Positions 9,501 through 18,852 of a stretch of DNA of 64,000 nt are shown piece by piece. Source of the stretch: a virus (lineage: Duplodnaviria > Caudoviricetes); the IMG/VR virus record IMGVR_UViG_3300021256_000078, positions 1 to 64,000 of that record; one strand, given 5' to 3'. The translations under genes and the position numbers were made by a program. The notes under the pieces were generated by a model. It ran no database searches, was not told the origin of the DNA, and saw only the letters and a program-made list of their open reading frames with translations. Every line of letters begins with the position of its first letter. Positions within the stretch are counted from its first letter, which is position 1.

Positions 9501-10796
9501 GTTCTCATAAATACTTCTCGTCTGAGAGCCATTAAAATATCCACGATCCTTGTAAATCGAGAAATAGTTCTTCAGCTCTTCTTTGAACACCTTTTTTGAA
9601 TACGGATACGGAACCTTAGCGTCTTCGCAATAGGTTTTGTACAGGTTCCATGCCGTAAACAGAGTCGTGCCGCCATCCTTCGTGAATTTGTCGTAGTACT
9701 CTTCCATGAAGTTGTAGAAGTCATTGGTGGCCCCGATCATTGTTCTCGGAATATAATCGTCGTAATAATACGGATCAGCCTCAAAGACTTCCTTGCAGTG
9801 CCAGGCAATAGCCCCATGCTCGAATTCAATTGCTTTCATCAGCTGGTTGTACCGCTTTTTGGGAATCAAATTCCCTGTCGGCGAAATATCAACCAGTCTT
9901 CGGATCACGCCGGACTTGGAATCGGTAATCTTAACCGGTTTATTGGTGCCCATGAACAGCAGCGAATGAATTCTCATGACAAATTCACGGTCATACTTGG
10001 CGTTAATGGGCATCGGTTCGTGAGACACGACACTGTTGAGCGTGGTATTGTCATCAATCCTGCTCAGATCTCCATCATGCTGAATGGCAACCAAAGGATT
10101 GTCCTTGAAGGATTCCAGTGCGAAGTTCTGATTGGAAGAGCCCAATGCCTTGGCTTTGAACTTACCGCAGTATCCATTTCCATTCTTGTCACAGCTGAAG
10201 AGATCTTCGATAATATTCAGAATGGTTGACTTGCCGGTTCCGGAATCGCCGTAGAAAACGAAAAACTTCTGAAGTTCCTTTGACGCTCCGTTGACCACTG
10301 ATCCGATCGCCCATTCAATCTTGTGCCGCTCTTCAGGAGAGTACAATGTGCCGACCAGTTCATCCCATGCTTCATAGCTTCCGGCTTCAAGGGCGTACGG
10401 TAACCTTTTCGATGCATAGTCCTGCTTGTTGGTCGGAGTGTTCAGAAAAGTCAGATTTTCATCCAGCGGATGGAAGTTGTCGAGAGTCAGCTGCTTCACG
10501 TATTGCCAAAAGGCTTTCATCGATCCACTGCTGGAACGTCTCATGTACAGAATCTTGGCCTGGCTCAGATCCGGATGCTCTGCTTTGTATCGTTCCATCT
10601 CTGCATCGATCTCATTGATGACATCATCGATCTCCGTTGACCACAGTCCTTTTCGTTCGTTCCAGATGGCATAAAACGTTCCGCCTCGAACCATCAGGTC
10701 CTGGCTTTTTCGGGGATCGAAATCCGGGTAAATTTCAGGCGGTGAATTCTTACTTTTCTGTCGGTCATATATCTTGACAAAATCCGTACGACCCAT
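6501..10796 (-). CDS. fused SF3 helicase - AEP primase - 3'-5' exonuclease/family B DNA polymerase
   Basis: GDSGTGKST and GTN (SF3); RIDFDG and SRSGGGIHLY (AEP); FDSEV, GFNN, YCCND (exo); YDSASHHPS, KIAINSVYG, HVKTDS (PolB); start at ATG 10796. Confidence 0.85.
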   Translation of the reverse strand: MGRTDFVKIYDRQKSKNSPPEIYPDFDPRKSQDLMVRGGTFYAIWNERKGLWSTEIDDVINEIDAEMERYKAEHPDLSQAKILYMRRSSSGSMKAFWQYVKQLTLDNFHPLDENLTFLNTPTNKQDYASKRLPYALEAGSYEAWDELVGTLYSPEERHKIEWAIGSVVNGASKELQKFFVFYGDSGTGKSTILNIIEDLFSCDKNGNGYCGKFKAKALGSSNQNFALESFKDNPLVAIQHDGDLSRIDDNTTLNSVVSHEPMPINAKYDREFVMRIHSLLFMGTNKPVKITDSKSGVIRRLVDISPTGNLIPKKRYNQLMKAIEFEHGAIAWHCKEVFEADPYYYDDYIPRTMIGATNDFYNFMEEYYDKFTKDGGTTLFTAWNLYKTYCEDAKVPYPYSKKVFKEELKNYFSIYKDRGYFNGSQTRSIYENLKIEKFTDGSVGSDPSQIESRSWLQFNTTESLLDKMGKDWPASYAYVKPNGDDQPSKAWDKCDTVLADLNTSELHYTRPPEEIRNKLVRIDFDGKDPVTGEKSLAINMEAASKWPETYAEISRSGGGIHLYYFYTGDINMLASRIDENTELKVLTGLSSIRRKLTRCNDIPIATISSGLPLRKEKRKVINEYTIENQKHLVAAIRKALRKEIEPYSTTCCVDYIGKVLQDALDAGIEFDVSDMKPEILAFALSSTHNAISCVDKASNFQYSSNKKAEWIEPPKMGEEKTIAFFDSEVFPNLFVFCYKPLGKECIPMINPTGHELIDIFQTYNMIGFNNLGYDNTICYLRMQGASNFELFERSQNIINSNKKKKDDEGETFNRYVDYNARNLSYTDVYDYCSEKKSLKKWEIALQKKGVPIRHDEAGLPWDKPVPKDKWKRVAEYCCNDVNATEQVFLATQSDFKAREILVDLANALRGPGSTVNDMTNTLTAKLIVGKEKHPQGLFNYPNLSEEFPGYEFSQYGFPKEKFMLPVTDIPNGNPLLNGFFEMDINGEYVKTKDEEILFGKQYYRNTKIKGFSFYKGYDPGEGGFVYERPGIYYGADCYDSASHHPSTIIAKNGFGPYTENFKTLLDIRLHIKHKDYDWVRSLYGGILAPYLTSDEDAKQLSQALKIAINSVYGLTGAKFPNKLRDPRNVDNWVAKRGALFMIDLMLKVQEMGYTVIHVKTDSIKIDKPDEKIFQFVYDYGKKFGYTFEVEHKFDRLCLVNRAVYICKYKDDPANGKDAGKWEGTGAQFKKETSPYVFKTLFSHEPVDFYDLCVTQTVSTGGGLYLDMDEDLQDSEPMEKERDRLVAKWKKVGFELNAQNDADLVNRFAPNLTGISDKRIEQFAQAAYHEDYVRLCKLEEDIRRCHDYRFIGKAGLFCPIVDGVGAGRLVRENNGNFGYAAGAKGYRWLEAETVKDLGLEDKIDMSYFNAQVQEAIDAINTFGDFNTFVAEN

Positions 10797-10820
10797 CCTC
10801 CTTTCTTTCCAAAAAATCGC

Positions 10821-11242
10821 AACAAGTACAATATGACACTTTTTTTTCAAAACTTTTCTATATATAGTAATTATTAATATTTTTAAAAATATAATCTTTT
10901 ATAGGAAAATTTTGTACTTATTGTACTTGTTTTACCGAAAAATCACGAAAAAACGCCCAAAAACCCCTAAAAATGGCCATTTTTTGCCCTTTTTTGCCCA
11001 TTTTTGGCGATTTTTTCGTAAATCAACAAGTACAAATTGTCCTAATTTTGTACTTATTTTTGTCCTATTTTTGAATTTTGTACTTGTTTTTTGCCACTTT
11101 TTGTCACTTTGAAAAATTTTCATCTCTCAATTTTTGACTCATTTTTGTCATAAGTACAAACTGAAAATCATTTTGTACTTGTTTTTGTCCTGTAAAATGT
11201 CCTGTTTTTCGCAGAATTTTTACAAAAAATTTCACGAAAAAA
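10821..11242. other. putative replication origin
   Basis: 8 copies of TTGTACTT/AAGTACAA, an AT-rich core at about 10855-10910 and phased A/T tracts, directly upstream of the primase-polymerase gene. Confidence 0.7.
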
Positions 11243-11803
11243 TCACCAGTTTCCAACCGGAAAATTCTCCTGAAACCACATGTTTAACTGCAGCCAAAGG
11301 TCGATTTTTCGCATGTCAAAGCGTCCGTTTTTTACGACAAACAGACCTCCGCCACTGCCGTCCGGAGCGTACTGATGACCCAGAAACCGCCTCAAAATAT
11401 CATCGACATTTGACTCAAACCAGTGGCAGTCATCGTACGCATCGAGCCCAAGATTCTTCAAAAATATCCAGAACCAAACGCTTGTCCGGTCACCGTAATC
11501 GGGGTCATACATGAGGTGATCTTCGGTGTCTTTTGCCAGAGCGACGAGCATTTCAAGCATGCTGCATCCTCTCGAAACGCCTCGAAAATCCACCAGATCG
11601 AACCCCATGATGCCCATTTCCTGACCAAAATAACGCCTCAGATATAGCCCGTCTGCCGCCCTATTTTTATCCAGCTTGAGCTCATAAACGTAGTCCGTGA
11701 CGAATAATTTCCAGAGCAGTTTCTGATAAGGTTGAGCTGAAAACTGACTGTCAGGCGGACAAATGAACTCTACAAGCCAGCTAAAATACCGATCGGCAGG
11801 CAT
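11243..11803 (-). CDS. hypothetical phage protein
   Basis: 186-aa ORF with SD, in operon. Confidence 0.8.
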   Translation of the reverse strand: MPADRYFSWLVEFICPPDSQFSAQPYQKLLWKLFVTDYVYELKLDKNRAADGLYLRRYFGQEMGIMGFDLVDFRGVSRGCSMLEMLVALAKDTEDHLMYDPDYGDRTSVWFWIFLKNLGLDAYDDCHWFESNVDDILRRFLGHQYAPDGSGGGLFVVKNGRFDMRKIDLWLQLNMWFQENFPVGNW

Positions 11804-11818
11804 GCTTCATCCGTCCCC

Positions 11819-12436
11819 TCAGTCGTCTCCGTCAGGAAATTCGTCTTCGTAAAGGCACTCCATGACGGTGATTTCATAGTCATTTGACAGTTTTTCGTTC
11901 CTCACGAAAGCCGTTTTCGGGGCGTATTTGCCGATGGAATTCTTCCAGTTTTCGCCGATCAGCACGTCATATGCCTTCAGAATTGTGCCACTGTCGGTTG
12001 CGACAATCTCCTGTTCCGGGAAATAATACAGCCCGGAATTGACATATTCGCTGTTGTGCATGAACTCATCAGCGTCGATTTCGTGAATTCCACCGTCCAA
12101 TTCACTGATTCCGACAGGTTCCGGCTCAATGATTTCGTCATCATCGTCGTCATTTTCTGCGGAATACATGGTCTCATAGGCCGTATGAGGCCCCTGAACG
12201 GCCTTCGCAAAGCCCTTTGTAGCGGTCACGACAGGCATTTTTTCCTCTTTTTTGGCCTCATTTGTGCTCTCAGAGGCCTTCTGACTCTCTTCCGAGCCGA
12301 CAGTGAAGGGCATTTCACCCATATTTCCATCGATTCGGATGCTGTCAAGCTCTTTTTTGATCTGTTTATGCAGCAAAAGCATCGCAATTCCGGTGCCGAC
12401 AGCCACACCGGCGACAAATATCACAGCATTTTTCAT
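11819..12436 (-). CDS. hypothetical protein with N-terminal hydrophobic helix
   Basis: 205-aa ORF abutting the upstream gene. Confidence 0.8.
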   Translation of the reverse strand: MKNAVIFVAGVAVGTGIAMLLLHKQIKKELDSIRIDGNMGEMPFTVGSEESQKASESTNEAKKEEKMPVVTATKGFAKAVQGPHTAYETMYSAENDDDDDEIIEPEPVGISELDGGIHEIDADEFMHNSEYVNSGLYYFPEQEIVATDSGTILKAYDVLIGENWKNSIGKYAPKTAFVRNEKLSNDYEITVMECLYEDEFPDGDD

Positions 12437-13423
12437 TTAAATCATCCCTTCCATTGGATAAAAGTTGAAATCAAGGCGCAGACAGGGCTTCCAGAGCTTC
12501 ATATCGCGGGTATGGTCGTATACTTCCCGGTATCCTTCCAGCGATGTCACCTCAAGTTCGGGTCCCTTGCAGGTAATTCCGTTCCTGAGCAGCTCTTTGT
12601 AGTTCGGATCGTTGAAAATTGCGTCCTCATTGTAGCCGAGCATCCTCAAAACATCGACTCCGGAGTATGCCCGTGCAATTCCAAGCTTAATGTCGTCCTT
12701 GATTCGCTTGACTCTGGCCGCCAGATAGTGATCCGCAAAGGAACGAATGTCAAAAGCATCCGAAGTTTCCTCAGTAAAGTTCCTTGCAAAGACGGATCCA
12801 GGCTGGTTGATGAAAATATCACCGCTTTTTTCGACAATTTTCTCTTCACCAGTCGCCTTATCGACCTCCAGGACCTGCACAACGCCGGGTTCAGCCCCCA
12901 AAAAGAGCTTCTGTTCGGCTTCCGGACCGATCAGGGCCGCGTTTCTCCGCCTGTATTCATCGAAAGCCTGCTGAATGGCCGCCGAATGAGCCAGCCAGTA
13001 CTTCCCGATCTTCCGAACTTCCTTGTGGGCATCGAAAATCAGGCCCATACCGCCGAACCAGAGCAGTGCCGAGACGCCCCAGACCTTGCAAAGTGCGTAT
13101 AAAGTGGAAGCCATGACCGTCACATAGCTCTTTCCGGCGTCCAGTTTGGCCTTCTGGAGGGCGTTTTTGTCCTCTCCGACACTCTCTTTAACGGCTTTAT
13201 AGGCCGCATCGACCGCTTCCATGTTCTCCTTGGCGCTCTGAAGGACTGCTTTTCCCTCTTCCGCCTTCTTGATCGCATGAATTGTACCGACAAGGACACT
13301 CACACCGCCGACAATGAGCATGATTTCGGGCTTCACTTCGGCTGCTTTCATGCAGAGACCACCGATACTGCCCCTTGCATAGTCCTTGAACGTGCCATTT
13401 TTAATAGAATCGAGCCATTTCAT
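12437..13423 (-). CDS. DUF6353-like phage protein
   Basis: PEIMLIVGGVS...AIKKA hydrophobic segment, YRRR, C-terminal LDFN. Confidence 0.55.
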   Translation of the reverse strand: MKWLDSIKNGTFKDYARGSIGGLCMKAAEVKPEIMLIVGGVSVLVGTIHAIKKAEEGKAVLQSAKENMEAVDAAYKAVKESVGEDKNALQKAKLDAGKSYVTVMASTLYALCKVWGVSALLWFGGMGLIFDAHKEVRKIGKYWLAHSAAIQQAFDEYRRRNAALIGPEAEQKLFLGAEPGVVQVLEVDKATGEEKIVEKSGDIFINQPGSVFARNFTEETSDAFDIRSFADHYLAARVKRIKDDIKLGIARAYSGVDVLRMLGYNEDAIFNDPNYKELLRNGITCKGPELEVTSLEGYREVYDHTRDMKLWKPCLRLDFNFYPMEGMI

Positions 13424-13468
13424 ATGAAAATTCTCCTTTTTTATAATAGTAAATCGACAATCACTATG

Positions 13469-14158
13469 TCACTTAATCATGACAGGTGGCGGGAAATCAA
13501 TCATCCAGCGTCCGTCCGTACGCATCAGGGGCTTTGCCTGTGAAAGATCGTACCAGCCGTTCGACTGCAGCGTCCAGTTGCTCTCCTGACCGGTAATTCC
13601 AGCAAACGTATAGAAGTCAGCCGCTCTGACCTTCTGATACTTCCGAATTTCTTCCTGCATGCGGTCAATCACGAGCAGGGCATCGTCCCTTGAATCGAAG
13701 GAAATATCATTGAGAGTGATTCGCTGCTGATACACAGCCGGCTGAACCTGAGGCTGAGCGTATCCATAGCCTGCCTGCGGGTAACCATACATTGTATTGT
13801 ACGGTACGGGGTCTCTGCGTGCGTTTGACGAATATCCAGCACCATACCCGTATCCACCCATAGGCGGTACTCCGGCGCCTCCCTGGCCTCCGTAAAGAGC
13901 CATCTGAAGAGCTCCTGTGCCCAGTTTGAAGATCAGATCACGAAGGGATGGTCCCAGCACATACCAGGTCAAATAGTTTGCAACGGAATCGATTTTGTCT
14001 GAAAACAGAAACCCGACGACCTTCTTGGCGATGTTTTTCTCCTGCTTGGCCTTGCCCTTGATGACCTTGCTCTTCGGTTCACTTGATAGATCGTTGTAAT
14101 TGGTTTGCTGAGGTTGTCCGACCTGTCCCTGAACCGGAGTATTATTCTGTTCTGCCAT
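13469..14158 (-). CDS. hypothetical phage protein
   Basis: 229-aa ORF, AGGAGG SD. Confidence 0.8.
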   Translation of the reverse strand: MAEQNNTPVQGQVGQPQQTNYNDLSSEPKSKVIKGKAKQEKNIAKKVVGFLFSDKIDSVANYLTWYVLGPSLRDLIFKLGTGALQMALYGGQGGAGVPPMGGYGYGAGYSSNARRDPVPYNTMYGYPQAGYGYAQPQVQPAVYQQRITLNDISFDSRDDALLVIDRMQEEIRKYQKVRAADFYTFAGITGQESNWTLQSNGWYDLSQAKPLMRTDGRWMIDFPPPVMIK

Positions 14159-14322
14159 TATTTACCTCCTATGTTGAAAATATAAACCCAGAATTGCCCA
14201 CTCTTCGAGCGTGGCAAATTCAGTATTTTTATTTTTCTTTCTAGCAAAAGAAAAAGCAAAACCCAGAGAAGCTGTTACGCTTCTCCAGGTCTTCCTGCAA
14301 ATAATCTTGAAAATTTAATTGA

Positions 14323-14766
14323 TTACTCAACACTCTCGGTGCTCGGAGCGCTCGTCTGCGCCGGGACTTCCGTGTACTGGCCCTCAATGTAGTTCTGAGG
14401 GGTTTTTCCGCCCTGGTTTCCAGCCGAGTTTCCGTTGGCTGCCTCCATGATGGTGACCGCGATATCCGCCGCCTTCTTCAGCGCATACAATCCACCGCCA
14501 ATAATTGCTGCGGTTTTGATGATGCTGCCTTTCTTCTTCGGCTTCTCGCTGGTCTCCTGCTTCTTGGGTTTCTCAACCTTCCGGATCTCGTATCCGAAAA
14601 TGACCTTGGGCTTCTTGACTTCCTCCTTCTTCTCAGAATCCACGTTGGCCGGGGCCTCAGCTGCCTTCTCAGGCTCTTCGGTCGCCTCCGGTGCAGGAAC
14701 GGTCTGCTCCTGAACTTCTTCCTTCACTTCTTCGTTTTTCGTGTTGTTGTTAGTCTGTTTGCTCAT
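14323..14766 (-). CDS. hypothetical low-complexity protein in a promoter-terminator cassette
   Basis: SD AAGGAG, own promoter at 14815, terminator at about 14255-14292. Confidence 0.75.
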   Translation of the reverse strand: MSKQTNNNTKNEEVKEEVQEQTVPAPEATEEPEKAAEAPANVDSEKKEEVKKPKVIFGYEIRKVEKPKKQETSEKPKKKGSIIKTAAIIGGGLYALKKAADIAVTIMEAANGNSAGNQGGKTPQNYIEGQYTEVPAQTSAPSTESVE

Positions 14767-14814
14767 TGTTCTTTCTCCTTTTAATATATTATTTGCGGAA
14801 GATCTCTCTTCCTA

Positions 14815-14839
14815 CTATAGGAAATGTAATTTTTACGAA
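14815..14839 (-). promoter_or_regulatory. phage promoter
   Basis: TTCGTAAAAATTACATTTCCTATAGT. Confidence 0.75.
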
Positions 14840-14979
14840 TCAGTGCTCCGTAGGAGCAGTGTTATCGTATTCTTAACGAACGCAGTGAGGTCTTTTACGA
14901 ATTAGTGCCATTATTAACGCGAAAATGTAGGGAAGATGCCGTTTTTACCGACAAATTCCCCACATTTTCACCTTAAAAC

Positions 14980-15981
14980 TTACGGTTCTCGCTCCTGAAG
15001 CTCTTGCGTCCCGTGAATCCACGGATTGAAGTTCACATAGCATAGCACCGGAACCCCTGTTACCGGATCTCGCGTTGGATCCATGTCGAACACCTCATTG
15101 AAGTTCAGGAAGTCTCCCTCACCATAGTAATGGCGAACCTCAATGATGTCTCCCATGTCTGTCTTGTCGCCTCGTTTCGTGAACCCGAGAGCTTCCAGCA
15201 GGGCATCATAATCCAGTGTCACATATACGTCCGTGTCGTCCGGGTACGGACTGTCCGATGCGAAGAAGGCATCCCCAAACTTACGTTTGTAGGCCTTGCC
15301 GACACGTGCATCCATGTCATCGCGAATATCATAGATCTTTCGCTGCATGGTTGTAAGGTCTCCCCAGACCTTCCGTCCGGTCTTTTTCTCGATAAACAGT
15401 GTCCGCCCCTCGCCGCCTGCCGTACGACCTTCCTCGATCATCTTTTCCGGTGGATACTCCTCACGAGTGGACTTCTTTTCGTACTCATCCAGCTTCTTCT
15501 TGCCGGCCTCCGGGTCCTCCAGGATCTGCTTTTTGAGCTTCTCCCCGTCCTCCTTGTACATCGAAGCCAGCATCAGAGCCGAAGTAATCTCATTCATCGA
15601 GAACTTTGCCCCATATGCCGAGAGTACATCCGCTCCAAGCTTCACAACCAGTGACGGCCAGCAGCATTCCAGATACATGATGGCCTTTTCCTGCCAGGTG
15701 AGATCCCGTTCGGCCTTCATTGTGCCGAGAACATTGTCTCCTGTTGCTACTTCGGCATTCAATGTCGCGACCTTAATATCAATGCGCTTCTGGGCGACAA
15801 GCAGCTCCTTCCCGAACAGGAACAGTGCGCCCCAGTTCATCGCGATGCTGCCTCCAGCTGCCAGAGCAGGTGCGTTCTTTTTGCCGAAAGCCATGGTCGC
15901 TGCAGCAGCCTTTTTCAGATCAATCTTGCTGCCGACGCTCCCAAGTTTGCCGAAAATATCAATCTTGTCCATGAAACCCAT
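14980..15981 (-). CDS. DUF6353-like phage protein (paralog)
   Basis: KKNAPALAAGG N-terminal segment; architecture similar to neighbours. Confidence 0.5.
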   Translation of the reverse strand: MGFMDKIDIFGKLGSVGSKIDLKKAAAATMAFGKKNAPALAAGGSIAMNWGALFLFGKELLVAQKRIDIKVATLNAEVATGDNVLGTMKAERDLTWQEKAIMYLECCWPSLVVKLGADVLSAYGAKFSMNEITSALMLASMYKEDGEKLKKQILEDPEAGKKKLDEYEKKSTREEYPPEKMIEEGRTAGGEGRTLFIEKKTGRKVWGDLTTMQRKIYDIRDDMDARVGKAYKRKFGDAFFASDSPYPDDTDVYVTLDYDALLEALGFTKRGDKTDMGDIIEVRHYYGEGDFLNFNEVFDMDPTRDPVTGVPVLCYVNFNPWIHGTQELQEREP

Positions 15982-16000
15982 TGTTATCCCTCCATTTCTG

Positions 16001-16924
16001 TTATGCAATCAGCTTCTTGGCGCCGATAATTCCGGCTCTTTCAGCACTGGTCGGCGGATATGCGAACTGAATGGACGGGAACGTGGCTCCCATGACTGTG
16101 ACAGTACCGATGGATGGCTTGAACGGTGCATTCGGTCCCCACCACTTTTCAACGTATCGGTTCTGGCCGGTCTGTCTCCGGATTTCCTCCTTTGACAATC
16201 CGAACATTTCCAGATACTTTGACTGGCTGAATCCGTTCTTGCCGCAGCGTTTGAAATAGTCCTCGGCATGATCCAGGGTATCCTGAGCATCCTTCAGGTC
16301 CATCTGAAATATAATTCCCTCGTCAGCATCAACCCACAGGCGGTTTCCGAGTTTCGGTGAAAACTTCCTTGCCTGCGGTCCGTCCTCCCCGAAGAAGTTC
16401 TTGAGAACTTTCTCCTCGATGGTCTTATCATCGATCTCTTTGAACTTCTCTTCACCAACGACTTCCTTGGTATGGTTCATGAAGCTCTTCAGCTTGTCCT
16501 GATACCTGACACCCAGGGCCGTAAGTCCTGCGATGGTCATGCCGTCAATCCACTTGGTAATCATCATCAGAATGGCTGACAGGATGCCGAACAGAATCGC
16601 CCATTTGTATATGAAAATATACTTGAAGTTGCGTTCAGTCTTGATTTCCTTGATTTTAGTGGCCTTCTCAGGCTCAGAAATGGCCTCAGATTGAACTTTT
16701 TCAATCTTCCCGGCCGATTCCTCTTTTTCCTTTGAAATCGCCTCAGCGGCCTTGAAAGCCTCATACAGAGACACTCCAAGCGTCACAATCGAGCCCACCA
16801 TCGTGAGCGTAGAGGCGTTTTCACTGACGAAATTCGCGATTCCGCCTACCAGTCTGTTGTTGGTCAGGCTGAATCCACCAATTCCGATTTTGTTTTTCTT
16901 CATTGCATCAAGAACATTGCTCAT
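16001..16924 (-). CDS. DUF6353-like phage protein (paralog)
   Basis: NASTLTMVGSIVTLGVSLYEAFKA; EVVGEEK motif. Confidence 0.5.
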   Translation of the reverse strand: MSNVLDAMKKNKIGIGGFSLTNNRLVGGIANFVSENASTLTMVGSIVTLGVSLYEAFKAAEAISKEKEESAGKIEKVQSEAISEPEKATKIKEIKTERNFKYIFIYKWAILFGILSAILMMITKWIDGMTIAGLTALGVRYQDKLKSFMNHTKEVVGEEKFKEIDDKTIEEKVLKNFFGEDGPQARKFSPKLGNRLWVDADEGIIFQMDLKDAQDTLDHAEDYFKRCGKNGFSQSKYLEMFGLSKEEIRRQTGQNRYVEKWWGPNAPFKPSIGTVTVMGATFPSIQFAYPPTSAERAGIIGAKKLIA

Positions 16925-16930
16925 TGCTTA

Positions 16931-17506
16931 TCATACCTCCCTGTAAAATTCTGTCGGATAGGAATACTCATCCGCAAACTCAATGACGACAACTGGTCTG
17001 CCCAGCTCCTTGAATCTCGCGAAATAGCTGTTTTCCAGTTCGTCGACTTCGATTCTCGTCACATTGATGCCAAGATCCTGCCGATAACCCTCAGCATTTG
17101 TGAACCCCCAGTGATCGCCGAACTGAGACTGGACAATTGGAAACTTCTGATACAGATCGTTCAGGTTAAATACCTCAACGTAAGACTGTGCCGGGTCCTC
17201 CTCCGCGTTTCGACAAGCCCGTTTGTATTCATCGACAAACTCTTCGGCGCATCTCTTGGCGTGATCCTCCGAATCCAGGAAAAACCGTCCGCTGAATCCC
17301 AGATAACACAGGTCCTCTCCATTGCCTGTCGGTTCCGCAAAGCACGCAAGCTTCGGGTCCAGCATCTCCCCATACTGCAGAAGCGGATCCACAGTATCGG
17401 ATACCTTCCATGCCGGTCTGCCCGTCGGAACACTCAGAATCTTCAGCGGCGATCGTTCCCTCCTCTCTGATTTTTCAGTTTCCTGCCATGGTACTTCTTT
17501 GCTCAT
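16931..17506 (-). CDS. hypothetical protein resembling the C-terminal half of DUF6353-like proteins
   Basis: LCY..FSGRFF, LNDLY, GDHWGF; start at ATG 17506 with AAGGAG. Confidence 0.5.
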   Translation of the reverse strand: MSKEVPWQETEKSERRERSPLKILSVPTGRPAWKVSDTVDPLLQYGEMLDPKLACFAEPTGNGEDLCYLGFSGRFFLDSEDHAKRCAEEFVDEYKRACRNAEEDPAQSYVEVFNLNDLYQKFPIVQSQFGDHWGFTNAEGYRQDLGINVTRIEVDELENSYFARFKELGRPVVVIEFADEYSYPTEFYREV

Positions 17507-17529
17507 TTTTCTGTTAACACTCCTTTCCG

Positions 17530-17592
17530 AAAAATAATAGAGGAAGACCCGATTGGATCCTCCTCCATTATAGACTCTGTAAATTTTACGAA
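17530..17592 (-). ncRNA. phage promoter (17568-17592) with immediate hairpin and U-tract
   Basis: GAGGAGGATCC-AATC-GGGTCTTCCTC-TATTATTTTT. Confidence 0.5.
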
Positions 17593-17598
17593 TGCAGT

Positions 17599-17829
17599 TT
17601 ACGACATTACAGGTGCAACCCAGCCGCTCTGACCACATACATGCCTGATGAAAATATAATTGTCTGACAGGTTGCGTGCGAACTTCTCATCAATGTCCAT
17701 CTTCGAGAGGGCAAGATAGGCATCCTTCATGCGGCGGAAGATCATTTCACGCCGGTGCGGGTTCTCCGATGAGCTTTTCATCATTTCAATCCGGGCCTCA
17801 GACAATTCCCTGACGCAGTCTTCAAGCAT
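17599..17829 (-). CDS. hypothetical protein
   Basis: ATG overlapping the end of the upstream gene, 76 aa. Confidence 0.6.
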   Translation of the reverse strand: MLEDCVRELSEARIEMMKSSSENPHRREMIFRRMKDAYLALSKMDIDEKFARNLSDNYIFIRHVCGQSGWVAPVMS

Positions 17830-18142
17830 CAGCAGCCTCCTCAATAGGTTCCTTCGGGGTGCCGGTCTGCTTCTTTGACTTTTTCTCATTGGTCGCAGTC
17901 GGAATAGGATTGTGGTCATCAGCTTTCTCGGGAATATCAGTCGCGGTTTCCTGAACATTTGCGGCCGGAGCAGGAGCAGGAGCCGGGGTAGGAGTATCAT
18001 TCGCTGCGGTGACAACCTCTTCACCCTCCAGGCAATGATTAAATTCCTCAACACTCATGCCGAGGCTCATGGCGATCTGGATCTTATTCATACCTTTTCT
18101 TTTCTGCTCGATGATATAAGCTCTGAGTTTCTGCTTATCCAT
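17822..18142 (-). CDS. hypothetical protein with N-terminal HTH-like segment
   Basis: KRKGMNKIQIAMSLGMSVEEF; SD AAGGAG. Confidence 0.6.
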   Translation of the reverse strand: MDKQKLRAYIIEQKRKGMNKIQIAMSLGMSVEEFNHCLEGEEVVTAANDTPTPAPAPAPAANVQETATDIPEKADDHNPIPTATNEKKSKKQTGTPKEPIEEAADA

Positions 18143-18168
18143 TGTTTTTTCTCCTTTAAATATAATTA

Positions 18169-18474
18169 TTATTTGACGGTCTTGTCTTTCGGGGCCGTCT
18201 TCCCGTTTCCATTCCTTCCCGACAGATAATTGTTGAACCTCCGACTCTCATAGTGAGGCTTTCCGTCGTCCTCATGATCCTTGGCTTCTTCCGTAACGGG
18301 CTCTTCGTCCGGAATATCCACGACGACGAGAGCCTTTTCAAGCGCTCCAACAATCACGTAACTCATCGCAATGACCGAGTGCGTGGGGTTTTCGGTCATA
18401 TACTGATTGATCTGGTCTTCGATGAAGTCTTTCGGATTCAGGGCGCTTGCTGTAAATTTAATCACCTTTTCCAT
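18169..18474 (-). CDS. hypothetical protein
   Basis: SD AAGGAG before ATG 18474. Confidence 0.7.
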   Translation of the reverse strand: MEKVIKFTASALNPKDFIEDQINQYMTENPTHSVIAMSYVIVGALEKALVVVDIPDEEPVTEEAKDHEDDGKPHYESRRFNNYLSGRNGNGKTAPKDKTVK

Positions 18475-18523
18475 GGCTTGATTCTCCTTTTCACAAAAAT
18501 AGAAGAGGAACCGTAATAGTTCC

Positions 18524-18763
18524 TCATTCATTAATCTGGTATTTACTACCGCCTGGCAAATACGGATCGAAATGGCGCTCGATTATTCCTTCATAGAAAG
18601 CTATTTTGTTGGCGATTCTCTGAAACAATTCGTCTTCTGAAATTTGATCCTTAAAGCCCTCATGCTGGCAATAACCCTGCATGATGCTTTTAATTTCTTC
18701 TTTTTCAATATTACGAACCGCCATCTTTGCTTGTCCTGCTAAAAGTGATCGATTGTCTTCCAT
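18524..18763 (-). CDS. cassette ORF, hypothetical
   Basis: promoter at 18784, AGGAGG SD. Confidence 0.7.
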   Translation of the reverse strand: MEDNRSLLAGQAKMAVRNIEKEEIKSIMQGYCQHEGFKDQISEDELFQRIANKIAFYEGIIERHFDPYLPGGSKYQINE

Positions 18764-18852
18764 CGGTTTTACCTCCTTTCCTATCATAGAGGCTGTAAAA
18801 CTTACGAGAAAAAGAAGAGGACCTGTTAATCAACAGATCCCCATCTTTCTGT

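Noticed and set aside
10912-11123. ORFs 10912-11112 (+) and 10932-11123 (-)
   Set aside because: Low-complexity translations of origin repeats
5745-16195. Long plus-strand ORFs (5745-6584, 12056-13102, 15347-16195 and others)
   Set aside because: Antisense shadows of well-supported minus-strand genes, with no recognisable motifs
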